A DNA stretch of 61,043 bases from a virus (lineage: Duplodnaviria; Caudoviricetes): the IMG/VR virus record IMGVR_UViG_3300025687_007811, positions 1 to 61,043 of that record. One strand, given 5' to 3'. Within the stretch, counting starts at the first letter, position 1. Each line of letters opens with the position of its first letter. The notes under the pieces were generated by a model. The model was not told where the DNA came from and did no database searches. It saw only the letters and a program-made list of their open reading frames with translations. Positions 45,914 through 55,873 of the stretch are shown one piece after another. Position numbers and translations under genes: made by a program.

Positions 45914-46540
45914 ATGAAAATAGCATACGAAGATGCAATTAAGCTAATAGAGCATGGCGACGTTCTTCTTTTTCAGGGTAGCGGGACCATCTCATGGCTT
46001 ATCAAGACATATAACTATGGCGAATACAGCCACGCCGCAATAATAGATAATTCCGATTCAATACCAATGTGCTGTGAAATGAAGGAGTTTAAGGGAGGTA
46101 GGTGTGTTTCTCTTAAAAGTCAGGTTGACAAAGTGGGCACCGAAATTAAAAAAATTGACGTTTTCCGCCCGCTTTACAAAATTTCATACGAGGCTGTTGA
46201 ATATAATAACGGAGAGTACGAAACCGTCAAAAAAACCAAAACAATGACAAACGGTGTTAAAAACAATATCGTAAGAAGAATGCTGGAAATAACAGGCTCA
46301 GACTATGGATGGAAAAGCATTTGGAAAATCGCAAAACATTATTTGCCATTTTTAAGACTCGTAAAGCCAAAGACAAAGGATGTTACTGAAAGCGAGTTGC
46401 ATATTTGTAGTTCAGCAGTTTCATTTTGTCTACGAACTGAATTTGAAGATCCGGTTCCATACCTTCCAGACTATATGGTCACTCCTTCAGATCTATCTAG
46501 GAGTCCTCTTTTAAAATATATGTTTACGATAGAGAAATAA
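45914..46540 (+). CDS. Permuted papain-like (YiiX/YebB, NlpC/P60) protein
   Basis: GDVLLF, YSHAA, YGW, ICSSAV, TPSDL. Confidence 0.82.
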   Translation: MKIAYEDAIKLIEHGDVLLFQGSGTISWLIKTYNYGEYSHAAIIDNSDSIPMCCEMKEFKGGRCVSLKSQVDKVGTEIKKIDVFRPLYKISYEAVEYNNGEYETVKKTKTMTNGVKNNIVRRMLEITGSDYGWKSIWKIAKHYLPFLRLVKPKTKDVTESELHICSSAVSFCLRTEFEDPVPYLPDYMVTPSDLSRSPLLKYMFTIEK

Positions 46541-46541
46541 C

Positions 46542-48509
46542 ATGAATAAACTATTGTTGATAATCTCATTAATTTTTATTCCGTCAATTGCTGATGCACA
46601 GCTTTTATCTTTGGACGATATTTCGCGTGCTACGTGCAAAATTACTGTAATAAAAAACAATGTCATGGGAAGAACCTATTCTTATGGCACCGGAATAGTT
46701 GTTTCCGAAGATGAAGACGAGTATTACATAGTTACTAACGGTCATGTTGCCGGATCTGGTTCATCATCAGTTCTTGTTGAGTTTTTCTACAACGGACATA
46801 AAAGCGGTGCCGCTCAAGCACGGACCCAATGGGTTAGATTCCAAAGCGGAACAACCATAGATATGGCATTTCTTGCCGTTAAAAAAAGTGTCTTTGGTAA
46901 GATACCCCCAATCATAGTTCCTATTGCGGACAAAAATGTCCAATTAAAGCCCGGCGACTATGTATATGGTGCCGGTTGTCCAAACGGTTATTGGAATCAG
47001 TCTTGGGAAGGTCGCGTTACTAACGTTTCAGAAAATATCACGTATGTAAATATGCCTCCAGTCGAAGGCCAATCTGGATCTGCATTATTAGCCAATGTAA
47101 CAAATGCTGATGGGAGCGTAAACACTAAAGTTGTTGGCTTAGTTACTTGGAGAATTGGTAATTCGCCAAATATCTACGGCGGTGCTATTTCATTAAAAAG
47201 AATGAATCAGTTAATGGCCGGAACCGCTACGCCAGACAGGATATCTACCTCCTTTTCATATTTATTGCCAACTGGTTATAACCAAAATAAACAGTGTGAA
47301 GTTTGCTCTCTTCCGTTTTCAGAACATATGGTTATACCAGATAGAAACGGAGGTCTCGTTAGAGATAAGAATGGAAACATACAAATAATGTGTCCAAACA
47401 GCAAATCCACTATTGGCATTGGAATAAAAACAAAAGTTTTAGCTGGAGAGTGTAGCACGTGTCCTCCGGGCGGATGTCCTCTATTACCTTGGAATAATTC
47501 ACCAAATGTACCGCATCCTTCCCCTGTGCAGCCAGCACCTATATCTCCAAATGGAATCTGGAATATCCCAGACGGTGATTTAAAAGATCCAAATATAGGA
47601 TGGCAATCTAGTGATGAAAAGAAAAAGCTTGATGAAAAGCTGGAACTTCTAACACTGGAAAATGAAGAACTTAAAAAAACAATAGATTCTATTTCTAATC
47701 AGTTAAATTTGACTGAAGGCGAAAAATCTCAATTAATGATAGACTATAAAAACTCTAAAAATTTAATAGAAGACCTACAGACCAACTTAGAATCGCTTAC
47801 CGGAGAAAAGTCTTCACTGTTACAAGAAATATCATTACTATCAAGTAGTATTCAAAGTACAGAAACTCAAATAAAATCAAAGACGGAAAAATACGAGTCT
47901 TTGTTAAACGACTTTCTACACGTCACTAACAAAAAGGAGGAATTGGAGCAAGAAAATGAAAAATTAGCAGAAGACGACATGATTAAGAACGTAAGCTTTA
48001 CGGCGGCTGGAATAGCCGGTACTGCTGGAATGTGGCTGTTGAAAAGTTACGTAATCCCATCTATCGTTGGCGGGTTTTCCAGAAGAAGAAAAAATTCAGA
48101 AAAACAAAATCCAAACAATGACCAAAGAGAGTATAATAATGTTGAGTCGGGTTCTGTTCCAGAAAGTATTTCATCAAACCTAAACATGTCTGGAGATACT
48201 GGAATTTCTGATAAAACCATGATGCCGAAACACGAATTACCTCCGGGTCAATACGCTAATGAAATTAGTCAATTGCAAAACTGGAACACTTATGCCGCAT
48301 ATCAACAGCAAGTATCACCAATGATCAGAGGTTTAAGCCCCGGTGCTCCATACGGAACGCCATTTGCAAGGGGAAACCCAACAAGTGATCAGATAATGAC
48401 GGCACTAAGTGAAATATCAAATGAATACGCAGCAGACTACACAATGACTCCGGGTCACGTTACAACCCTACTAAGACAAAGACTAAAATCAAAATACGGA
48501 TACGAATAA
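46542..48509 (+). CDS. Trypsin-like serine protease with signal peptide, coiled coil and TM segment
   Basis: GTG, VTNGHV, IDMAFL, GQSGS triad. Confidence 0.85.
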   Translation: MNKLLLIISLIFIPSIADAQLLSLDDISRATCKITVIKNNVMGRTYSYGTGIVVSEDEDEYYIVTNGHVAGSGSSSVLVEFFYNGHKSGAAQARTQWVRFQSGTTIDMAFLAVKKSVFGKIPPIIVPIADKNVQLKPGDYVYGAGCPNGYWNQSWEGRVTNVSENITYVNMPPVEGQSGSALLANVTNADGSVNTKVVGLVTWRIGNSPNIYGGAISLKRMNQLMAGTATPDRISTSFSYLLPTGYNQNKQCEVCSLPFSEHMVIPDRNGGLVRDKNGNIQIMCPNSKSTIGIGIKTKVLAGECSTCPPGGCPLLPWNNSPNVPHPSPVQPAPISPNGIWNIPDGDLKDPNIGWQSSDEKKKLDEKLELLTLENEELKKTIDSISNQLNLTEGEKSQLMIDYKNSKNLIEDLQTNLESLTGEKSSLLQEISLLSSSIQSTETQIKSKTEKYESLLNDFLHVTNKKEELEQENEKLAEDDMIKNVSFTAAGIAGTAGMWLLKSYVIPSIVGGFSRRRKNSEKQNPNNDQREYNNVESGSVPESISSNLNMSGDTGISDKTMMPKHELPPGQYANEISQLQNWNTYAAYQQQVSPMIRGLSPGAPYGTPFARGNPTSDQIMTALSEISNEYAADYTMTPGHVTTLLRQRLKSKYGYE

Positions 48510-48530
48510 TCCAAAAACAGGAGAATTAAA

Positions 48531-49319
48531 ATGCCAGACGTAAATTTTGTTGTACCTACCCATGACGCAATTTTACCCTTTATGTTCAAGGGAATTAAGT
48601 GGGCAGTTCCAAATGTTGGTGACAATCAAGAAACTCATAACCTAGCTATTGCTAGATTGTTTGAAAAGGTGGGAGAGCACCTTCAGGCTCTATCAAATCT
48701 AAGAGATTGCTTTATGCCGGGGCCACCATCAATTACGGCCATTAAAGCACATCACAATATGTTTGTTAGGTTGAATAACCTAATCGACACAAACGTTAAG
48801 ACCTCTCAGGAAGAGCACCTAGTCGCTTCTCATGTTAATCATGAGCGACGTAAGTTCAAGATCTATCCAGTTCGTTACTATGATGTTAAGAACGACTATC
48901 TAAGACGCTGGATTGAGCTATGTTTGCAGGGTCTAAGTAACATGGCACAGCTAACTGATAATGGCTGGCAGAATGATTACAATCCCGCAACCGCAGTAGA
49001 AATGAAGAAGTTGTTCCGTGAAGCCTACAGGCTTATGGTAACTGAGTTGTTCAATGTTGATATTCAGACAGCAAAGGGTATCTTCAATGACGTTACTCCG
49101 TTCTACCTAACACCAGATCAAGTAACGGCTTATGACAACTCCCATATCCCAACAATTGAGTGGATGAAGCATCCCAACCTTGGACTAGTGCTAACTGAAG
49201 ACGAAATGCGTTCTATTAGCACTCCAAACGTACAGGTTGCACCCGGAGTAGCTGAGAATGATCCAAACACTCCACAAAGAGATATTTCAGCGGCTAATGA
49301 AGGCGTAATTGTTCCTTAA
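48531..49319 (+). CDS. Hypothetical protein
   Basis: AGGAG RBS, 262 aa, followed by terminator. Confidence 0.75.
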   Translation: MPDVNFVVPTHDAILPFMFKGIKWAVPNVGDNQETHNLAIARLFEKVGEHLQALSNLRDCFMPGPPSITAIKAHHNMFVRLNNLIDTNVKTSQEEHLVASHVNHERRKFKIYPVRYYDVKNDYLRRWIELCLQGLSNMAQLTDNGWQNDYNPATAVEMKKLFREAYRLMVTELFNVDIQTAKGIFNDVTPFYLTPDQVTAYDNSHIPTIEWMKHPNLGLVLTEDEMRSISTPNVQVAPGVAENDPNTPQRDISAANEGVIVP

Positions 49320-49337
49320 TGGTTGTTAATAACTAAA

Positions 49338-49372
49338 AGGGGCGGCTACTTGCGTAGTCGTCCCTATTTTTT
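49338..49372 (+). terminator. Rho-independent terminator
   Basis: aggggcggctac-ttgc-gtagtcgtccct plus T-run. Confidence 0.85.
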
Positions 49373-49385
49373 TCGGGGATTGTAA

Positions 49386-49895
49386 ATGACAAAGACTATT
49401 AATGCTACTGCTGTTGGAAAAATAAACTATTCTTATACTGACTCAACCAGTACAAGATCTGTTGTTGATTCCAATTCAGCCGATAATAAAGCAACCTTTA
49501 CGTATGGAACTGGAAATTTACAAGTAAACATGGTTGCTAGGGCTACTGGAATTTTAAGTTCTGGAGGCACAACAACTATTGATGTTACAGCACTTTCAGT
49601 TAATCCTCTTGGAGTTGATTACAACGTTGATTTTTCTGGTATAAAATCCATAGTTATTTCAAACGACTCAACAGTTGAGGGTTATAATTTTACCGTTGCT
49701 GCAACCGGGTCAAATGGCCTAACAGATATGTTTAATGGCGGCTCTGGCAATCTATCATTGAAGCCATACGGATCTTACATATACACAGATCCGTTTGCCG
49801 GAATAACGGTTTCGCCAACCAACAAAGATATTCAACTAATTGACGGCGGAAGTGGCGTTCAGTACAGCGTCACAGTTCTTGGAATCGTGTCCTAA
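49386..49895 (+). CDS. Putative virion structural protein
   Basis: T/S/G/V-rich beta composition. Confidence 0.5.
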   Translation: MTKTINATAVGKINYSYTDSTSTRSVVDSNSADNKATFTYGTGNLQVNMVARATGILSSGGTTTIDVTALSVNPLGVDYNVDFSGIKSIVISNDSTVEGYNFTVAATGSNGLTDMFNGGSGNLSLKPYGSYIYTDPFAGITVSPTNKDIQLIDGGSGVQYSVTVLGIVS

Positions 49896-49911
49896 TTCAA
49901 AAAAAACACAC

Positions 49912-49939
49912 TTGACTTTCGAAAATCCTGAGCTATAAT
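49912..49939 (+). promoter_or_regulatory. Sigma70-like promoter upstream of RNR
   Basis: TTGACT-16 bp-TATAAT. Confidence 0.72.
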
Positions 49940-49984
49940 TCTAAATAGCCTCGGGATTTTTTATTGGAGATTGGAGATAAATAT

Positions 49985-52177
49985 ATGTCAACAAAGGGTT
50001 TAGAAAACTACACATTTACGGCTAAATATGCAAGATACTCACAAGACAAGAAAAGAAGAGAAACATGGAGAGAGTCATGCGATAGAGTCATGAACATGCA
50101 TCTTGAGTTTTACAAAGATTACGGAATAGATGATGACATTAGGTGGGCATTTGATCGTGTTAAAAAGAAGTTAGTATTAGGCTCTCAGCGTGCTTTACAG
50201 TACGGCGGTGATCCTATTTTACGTAAGCACGAGAGAATTTATAATTGTAGTTATTTGCATATCGATAAATACGAATCATTTTCACAAACAATGTTTCTAT
50301 TGCTGTGTGGCTGCGGTGTAGGATTTAGCGTACAAAAACATCATATCGAAAAACTTCCCAATTTAATCACATCAAAAGACGGTCAAGTAAAATTTGTAAT
50401 CGACGACTCTATTGAGGGCTGGGCCGATGCAATTGGTGTGTTGGTAGCCAGCTATCTAGATATTCCATCTGGACAGAAGTGGTCTGAATATTCTGGAAAG
50501 CATGTCCAGTTCGACTATACCAAAATTAGAGACAAGGGTGAACCATTATCTCATGGGTGCGGTAAAGCACCCGGTCCAGAACCTCTCAAAAAAGCTATTG
50601 CAAGCATTAGGTCGTTACTAGATAGAGCACTTGAGCAATCAGAATTTGCTTCCAAGAAGCTCAGACCTATCGTCGCTTATGATATCATTATGCATTCAGC
50701 CGATGCCGTAATTTCTGGTGGTCACAGAAGAAGTGCAACAATTGCAATCTTCTCTCCAGACGATGAAGAAATGATGAATGCAAAAACTGGTAATTGGTTT
50801 TCTGAGAATCCGCAACGTGGAAGGTCTAATAACTCGGCCTTGCTGGTTAGATCAGAAACATCTAAAGAGGCATTCTCAAAACTACTTCAACGAACTAAAG
50901 AATTCGGTGAGCCGGGCTTCATATGGGCTGATCATAGAGATGTTGGTTTCAATCCTTGCTGTGAAATTTCGTTCATGCCACATGATGAAATCACCGGAGA
51001 GACTGGTGTGGGCTTCTGTAATCTATGTGAAATTAATGGCAAAAAGATTACTAACGAAGAAATCTTCGAAGAAGCTTGTCGAGCAGCAGCAATTATTGGA
51101 ACATTGCAGGCTGGATACACCAATTTTCCATATCTTGGTGAAGCCAGTCAAAACATTGCCAAAAAGGAAGCATTGCTGGGATGTTCTATTACTGGCATGA
51201 TGGAAAACCCCGAAATCTTATTTGATCCAAAGCTTCAAAAACGTATGGCAAAACTAATCAAAACAGTGAATGCCGAAATTGCAGAAAAGATAAATATTAA
51301 TCCAACGGCTAGAGCGACTGCAATCAAACCCGCTGGTACGACAAGCTGCATTCTTGGCACATCTAGTGGCGTTCACCCACATCACGCTAAACGCTATATT
51401 CGTCGCGTACAAGCCAACAAGATGGAGAACGTGTATCAATTCTTCAAGAGGCACAACCCTCACGCATGTGAGGCTTCTGTGTGGTCCACAAACAACACGG
51501 ACGATGTTATATCATTCTGTGTTGAAGTTCCGGCAGGATCAAAAACTAAAAACCAAATAAATGCAACTGAATTGTTGGAATTAGTGAAATTGACCCAGCA
51601 AAACTGGGTAGAATATGGAACCAACGCAGAGCGATCCATTCATCCGTCTCTAAGACATAATGTATCTAATACAATTAATGTCAAGCAAGACGAGTGGGAA
51701 GATGTAGAAAACTTTATCTACAAAAACAGAAACTACTTTGCCGGTATTTCGCTTCTATCTGTAACAGGAGATAAAGATTATCCACAGGCTCCATTTAGTG
51801 CGATTTATCTTCCTCATGAAATGGTTTCATACTATGGTGATTGTGCTATGTTTGTTAGCGGTTTAATCGAAGAGGCTATGAAATTATTCGAAGACAACCT
51901 GTGGGCTGCTTGCGATGCGTTATTAGGAATGAATTTCGTTAAGGGTTCAGCTAAGCATGAATGGATTGATAGATGTAAAAGGTTTGCAAAGAAATATAAC
52001 GGTGGAGACGTTAAGAAACTCACCTACTGCATGAAAGATGTCTACAACTACAAACTTTGGTTAGATCTACAGCGTGATTGGCAAGATGTTGATTATACTG
52101 AGCTATTTGAAGAAGAAGATAATACCAAGATACAGGAGACAATCTCTTGTTCTGGTGGTGCTTGCGAAATTATTTAA
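49985..52177 (+). CDS. nrdJ: Class II (adenosylcobalamin-dependent) ribonucleotide reductase
   Basis: YNCS, GCGVGFS, RRSA, FNPCCEI, KPAGTTS, C-terminal CSGGACEI; no beta subunit nearby. Confidence 0.9.
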   Translation: MSTKGLENYTFTAKYARYSQDKKRRETWRESCDRVMNMHLEFYKDYGIDDDIRWAFDRVKKKLVLGSQRALQYGGDPILRKHERIYNCSYLHIDKYESFSQTMFLLLCGCGVGFSVQKHHIEKLPNLITSKDGQVKFVIDDSIEGWADAIGVLVASYLDIPSGQKWSEYSGKHVQFDYTKIRDKGEPLSHGCGKAPGPEPLKKAIASIRSLLDRALEQSEFASKKLRPIVAYDIIMHSADAVISGGHRRSATIAIFSPDDEEMMNAKTGNWFSENPQRGRSNNSALLVRSETSKEAFSKLLQRTKEFGEPGFIWADHRDVGFNPCCEISFMPHDEITGETGVGFCNLCEINGKKITNEEIFEEACRAAAIIGTLQAGYTNFPYLGEASQNIAKKEALLGCSITGMMENPEILFDPKLQKRMAKLIKTVNAEIAEKININPTARATAIKPAGTTSCILGTSSGVHPHHAKRYIRRVQANKMENVYQFFKRHNPHACEASVWSTNNTDDVISFCVEVPAGSKTKNQINATELLELVKLTQQNWVEYGTNAERSIHPSLRHNVSNTINVKQDEWEDVENFIYKNRNYFAGISLLSVTGDKDYPQAPFSAIYLPHEMVSYYGDCAMFVSGLIEEAMKLFEDNLWAACDALLGMNFVKGSAKHEWIDRCKRFAKKYNGGDVKKLTYCMKDVYNYKLWLDLQRDWQDVDYTELFEEEDNTKIQETISCSGGACEII

Positions 52178-52241
52178 TTCACATTCTCTCCCTTTTGGTG
52201 TATAATACTATGTGAAATAGTATCAACAAAGGGGGGAGTAT

Positions 52242-52796
52242 ATGAAACTTAAAAATCTAACTAATCAAAAATTTGGAAAATGGACTGTAATCAAAAGAGT
52301 TGAAGCCCATCGCAAACACACCATCTGGGAATGTCAATGTGAGTGCGGCACAGTAAAAAATGTCTACTCTACGCATCTTATACAAGGCAATAGTCGCGGC
52401 TGTTTGAACTGTATGGGTAAATCCAAACGTGGTAAAAATCATAAACAATGGACTGGCTGCGGAGACATTTGTGGAGACTACTGGAATTCAATTAAAAGAG
52501 GGGCAAGTGGTGATAAGGGACGTAGAAAATCAGTAGTTTTTGAGATTACAATTGAATTTGCATGGGACTTATTTTTAAAACAAAACAAAAAATGTGCAAT
52601 TAGCGGCATACCAATTAACATAGACTATAAACAACATAGTGGACAACACACGGCCTCGTTAGATAGAATTGATTCATCTATAGGGTATACTGAAGACAAT
52701 GTTCAGTGGGTACACAAAGATGTAAATATGATGAAACGAACTTACGATCAAGACTATTTTATTCAAATGTGTACAATTATAGCAAACAATAACTAG
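52242..52796 (+). CDS. HNH-like putative homing endonuclease
   Basis: KFGKWTV..WECQCECG; SLDRIDSSIGYTEDNVQWVHKDVN.MK. Confidence 0.82.
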   Translation: MKLKNLTNQKFGKWTVIKRVEAHRKHTIWECQCECGTVKNVYSTHLIQGNSRGCLNCMGKSKRGKNHKQWTGCGDICGDYWNSIKRGASGDKGRRKSVVFEITIEFAWDLFLKQNKKCAISGIPINIDYKQHSGQHTASLDRIDSSIGYTEDNVQWVHKDVNMMKRTYDQDYFIQMCTIIANNN

Positions 52797-52805
52797 GAGA
52801 TTATT

Positions 52806-53327
52806 ATGACTGGGATAATGTACAACTATAGCAAAGATTTTTATAGTCCGATTTACGAATATAAATTACCAACAATAAAAGTAAAAATGCTTAATGAATT
52901 GGCGAAAATGCCAACAAAGGCAAATAGTTATGATGCCGGTTTTGACCTGTACTCAACAGAAGATGTTGTTATTCCACCGCTTGAAAGACGTGTTGTGAAA
53001 ACCGGAATCTCAATGGAGATCCTTGAAGGTTATGCCGGTTTTATTTGGCCCCGATCTGGACTTTCCGTTAAAAGCGGAATTGATGTTCTGGCCGGGGTTA
53101 TTGATAGCGGGTATCGTGGCGAGATAATGGTTTGCTTATACAACACCAGCAAATATGCTCTTTCTCTTTTTCCTGATATCACAGAATCAGAATCCGTACA
53201 TATTTCAGTTGGTGACAAAATTGCTCAAATCGTAATTCAACCAATAAGCACATACGACTTAGAACTTGCAGAAGAACTTAAAGACTCAGAGCGTGGTGAG
53301 AACGGGTTCGGAAGTTCAGGAAAGTAA
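52806..53327 (+). CDS. dut: Trimeric dUTPase
   Basis: AGFDL, PRSG, GVIDSGYRGE, IAQ, RGENGFGSSG. Confidence 0.95.
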   Translation: MTGIMYNYSKDFYSPIYEYKLPTIKVKMLNELAKMPTKANSYDAGFDLYSTEDVVIPPLERRVVKTGISMEILEGYAGFIWPRSGLSVKSGIDVLAGVIDSGYRGEIMVCLYNTSKYALSLFPDITESESVHISVGDKIAQIVIQPISTYDLELAEELKDSERGENGFGSSGK

Positions 53328-53330
53328 AAT

Positions 53331-55028
53331 ATGTCAAGAAATAAACAAAAAAATACAGAAGCACAGAGTCATAACCAAAATAGAGTAAAACCACTTGTTG
53401 GCAAAACAAGAAACCAAAAAACATACATACAGTCAATACTGTCTAATGACATTACTTTCTGTACTGGACCAGCAGGTTGTGGTAAAGCCCAGCCATTAGA
53501 TTCAATAGTTTATTGTAAAACTGGCCCAAAAGAAATGGGGGACATTGAAATTGGTGACATTGTTTGTACCCCCGATGGAAATTTTGCGTCTGTAACGGAT
53601 TTGCATTTTCAGGGTGAAAAAGATGTTTACATAATAATTTTCAAAAATGGACTGTCCGTAGAATGCTGCAAAGATCATTTATGGTTGGTTGAAGAATACA
53701 ATGGTAAAAATTGGCTTCCTGCTAGGGTTGTTGATACAAATTATTTGTTATCATCAAGATTAACTTATGATAGTAAATTTAGTAGATCAAAATTCAGAAT
53801 TAAACCATCCAATGTTGTAAATTTCACAAATAAAAACAATAATGAAATTGATCCATACATATTGGGATGCCTTCTTGGCGATGGCGGAATAACTAATGGG
53901 GTTAAATTAACGTGCCATGATGACGATTATGAAATAATTAAAACGATTAGCTCAAGATTGACTTCAGATCTATCAATTAATAAAAATAAAAATTTATACC
54001 AATATAGCATTACTTCTAAGCCCGGAAAAAGCAATCAGCTAAAACAAAATCTTATGAAGCTAAATTTGTTTGGACATAGGTCAGAGAATAAATTTATTCC
54101 TCACTCATATAAATATAGCGATTTTCATACAAGAGTTGATTTAATAAGGGGGCTGATGGATACTGATGGCTGCATAAGTAACGATGGAAAAATAAGCTTT
54201 TCCTCATCATCAAAAAAATTAGCATATGATGTAAAAGAAGTTTTAGAATCACTGGGTTGCATAGTTAGTATAAACACAAAAGAAACTACCCATCTTTTGC
54301 ATTACAGACTATATATTAAAGATTGTCAAAATATTGGTTTGTTTAATTTATCTAGAAAAGCATGTAGTCAAGTTCCTCAAAAAGAATATACTCAATATCA
54401 TTATATTAAAAGTATTGAGTATAAGGGGATAGAAGAATGTCAGTGCATAACTATTGATTCGCAAGATTGTCTATATCTAACTAATAACTTTATACCTACT
54501 CACAACTCTTTTGTCGCCGCTGGAATGGCTTCTGAACTACTGGCAAAAGGTTCTTGTGAAAAAATTATTGTTACAAGACCATTGATATGTACCGGAAAAG
54601 ACATTGGTTCACTTCCCGGCGAATTAAACGAAAAAATTCATCCTTATATGATGCCAATGTACGAAAACCTTAGTTACTTTTTTGGTAATCAATTCAATAT
54701 ACTCATAGAGAGAAGAAAAATTTGTTTTGAGCCACTAGAATTAATGAGGGGTATGACCTATCACAACTCTATAATGATTCTAGACGAGGCACAAAACTGC
54801 ACTATAGAACAAATTAAGATGTTTGTAACTAGAATGGGTGAAAATTCCAAATGTCTTATTAACGGCGATATTAAGCAGACCGATCTAAATAAAGACAGCG
54901 GACTATCTGAATGTATATCCCGCGTTAATTATTATGAAATACCGGGAATTGGAATATGTGAACTTGAATACTGTGATATACAAAGAAACGATATAATTAG
55001 CAGGTTCCTAATAGCTATGGAAGAATAA
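53331..55028 (+). CDS. phoH: PhoH-like protein with intein
   Basis: GPAGCGK|S, TRP, G.LPG, MRGMT, LDEAQN, TRMG, GD..Q.D. Confidence 0.92.
   Translation: MSRNKQKNTEAQSHNQNRVKPLVGKTRNQKTYIQSILSNDITFCTGPAGCGKAQPLDSIVYCKTGPKEMGDIEIGDIVCTPDGNFASVTDLHFQGEKDVYIIIFKNGLSVECCKDHLWLVEEYNGKNWLPARVVDTNYLLSSRLTYDSKFSRSKFRIKPSNVVNFTNKNNNEIDPYILGCLLGDGGITNGVKLTCHDDDYEIIKTISSRLTSDLSINKNKNLYQYSITSKPGKSNQLKQNLMKLNLFGHRSENKFIPHSYKYSDFHTRVDLIRGLMDTDGCISNDGKISFSSSSKKLAYDVKEVLESLGCIVSINTKETTHLLHYRLYIKDCQNIGLFNLSRKACSQVPQKEYTQYHYIKSIEYKGIEECQCITIDSQDCLYLTNNFIPTHNSFVAAGMASELLAKGSCEKIIVTRPLICTGKDIGSLPGELNEKIHPYMMPMYENLSYFFGNQFNILIERRKICFEPLELMRGMTYHNSIMILDEAQNCTIEQIKMFVTRMGENSKCLINGDIKQTDLNKDSGLSECISRVNYYEIPGIGICELEYCDIQRNDIISRFLIAMEE
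53487..54506 (+). mobile_element. Class 3 (Ala1) intein with LAGLIDADG endonuclease
   Basis: AQPLDS start, DHLW, EECQCI, PTHN|S; LGCLLGDG and RGLMDTDG. Confidence 0.9.
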
Positions 55029-55029
55029 C

Positions 55030-55248
55030 ATGAACAGACTTTTCGTATGTGTTGATTCTAGCGGTTGTTATGCGTTTTCACCAAAATATAAAGAAAGGTT
55101 TTACTCAAGCCTTGGCGATGCGAAAAACTCCATAAAAAAGTCCATCCGAATTCAAAACAAGAGAAGAAAAAAGGATGAGAAACTAAAATTTGAAGACTAT
55201 TCTATCATAGAATACGAATTAGTAGAAAAGGATACCCATAAACTATAA
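55030..55248 (+). CDS. Hypothetical protein
   Basis: Operon ORF. Confidence 0.55.
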   Translation: MNRLFVCVDSSGCYAFSPKYKERFYSSLGDAKNSIKKSIRIQNKRRKKDEKLKFEDYSIIEYELVEKDTHKL

Positions 55249-55589
55249 TGCCAATTTACACATATAGATGTGACGGTTGCGATTTCGAATTTGAAGCAAC
55301 ACAGTCCATAAAAGATAAACCATTAAGAAAGTGTCATAAGTGCAATAGAAACGCACTTCAAAGACTTTTGCACGCACCAATCTGCATTATGATGAATGAT
55401 GTTACAACAATCGGTCAGCTTGCCGAAAAAAACTCAAAGAAAATTGGTAAATACAAACTTGAAGAACTTGAGGCAAATGATCCGGGAATTCAAAAGAAGA
55501 AGAAGAACAAAGAGAAGAAAGAACTTCACGATAAGATCAACAAGATGACCCCACAACAGAAAAAGAGATACATAGAAGAAGGCAAATAA
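55248..55589 (+). CDS. FmdB-like zinc-ribbon protein
   Basis: MPIYTYRCDGC..FE...CHKC. Confidence 0.85.
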   Translation: MPIYTYRCDGCDFEFEATQSIKDKPLRKCHKCNRNALQRLLHAPICIMMNDVTTIGQLAEKNSKKIGKYKLEELEANDPGIQKKKKNKEKKELHDKINKMTPQQKKRYIEEGK

Positions 55590-55873
55590 TGATTAAAAAC
55601 GTAATAAAAACCGAAACAGATGAAAAACTACAATATTCAATAGACGATACTGTTTTAGCAAAAAAAGCTTCTGGTAAGTTTTTCGTACTCATGAAGGGTG
55701 GCGGAATGATAGATCCAGACTATCACAGAAAATCCGTAATTGAATCAAACGGTAATAAACTAAAGCGTGTAACTGAGCCAGTTTTTGCCAGTTATGTAAA
55801 ATATTTGGAAACCGGAGCGTATAGACACTTCGCAGTAGCTAGGAGATGTATGAATGAGCAATCCCAAATCTGA
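55589..55873 (+). CDS. Hypothetical protein
   Basis: TAATG coupling. Confidence 0.65.
   Translation: MIKNVIKTETDEKLQYSIDDTVLAKKASGKFFVLMKGGGMIDPDYHRKSVIESNGNKLKRVTEPVFASYVKYLETGAYRHFAVARRCMNEQSQI

Noticed and set aside
49985-52177. Intron or intein in the ribonucleotide reductase
   Set aside because: The ORF is continuous and of normal length; the adjacent endonuclease is free-standing.
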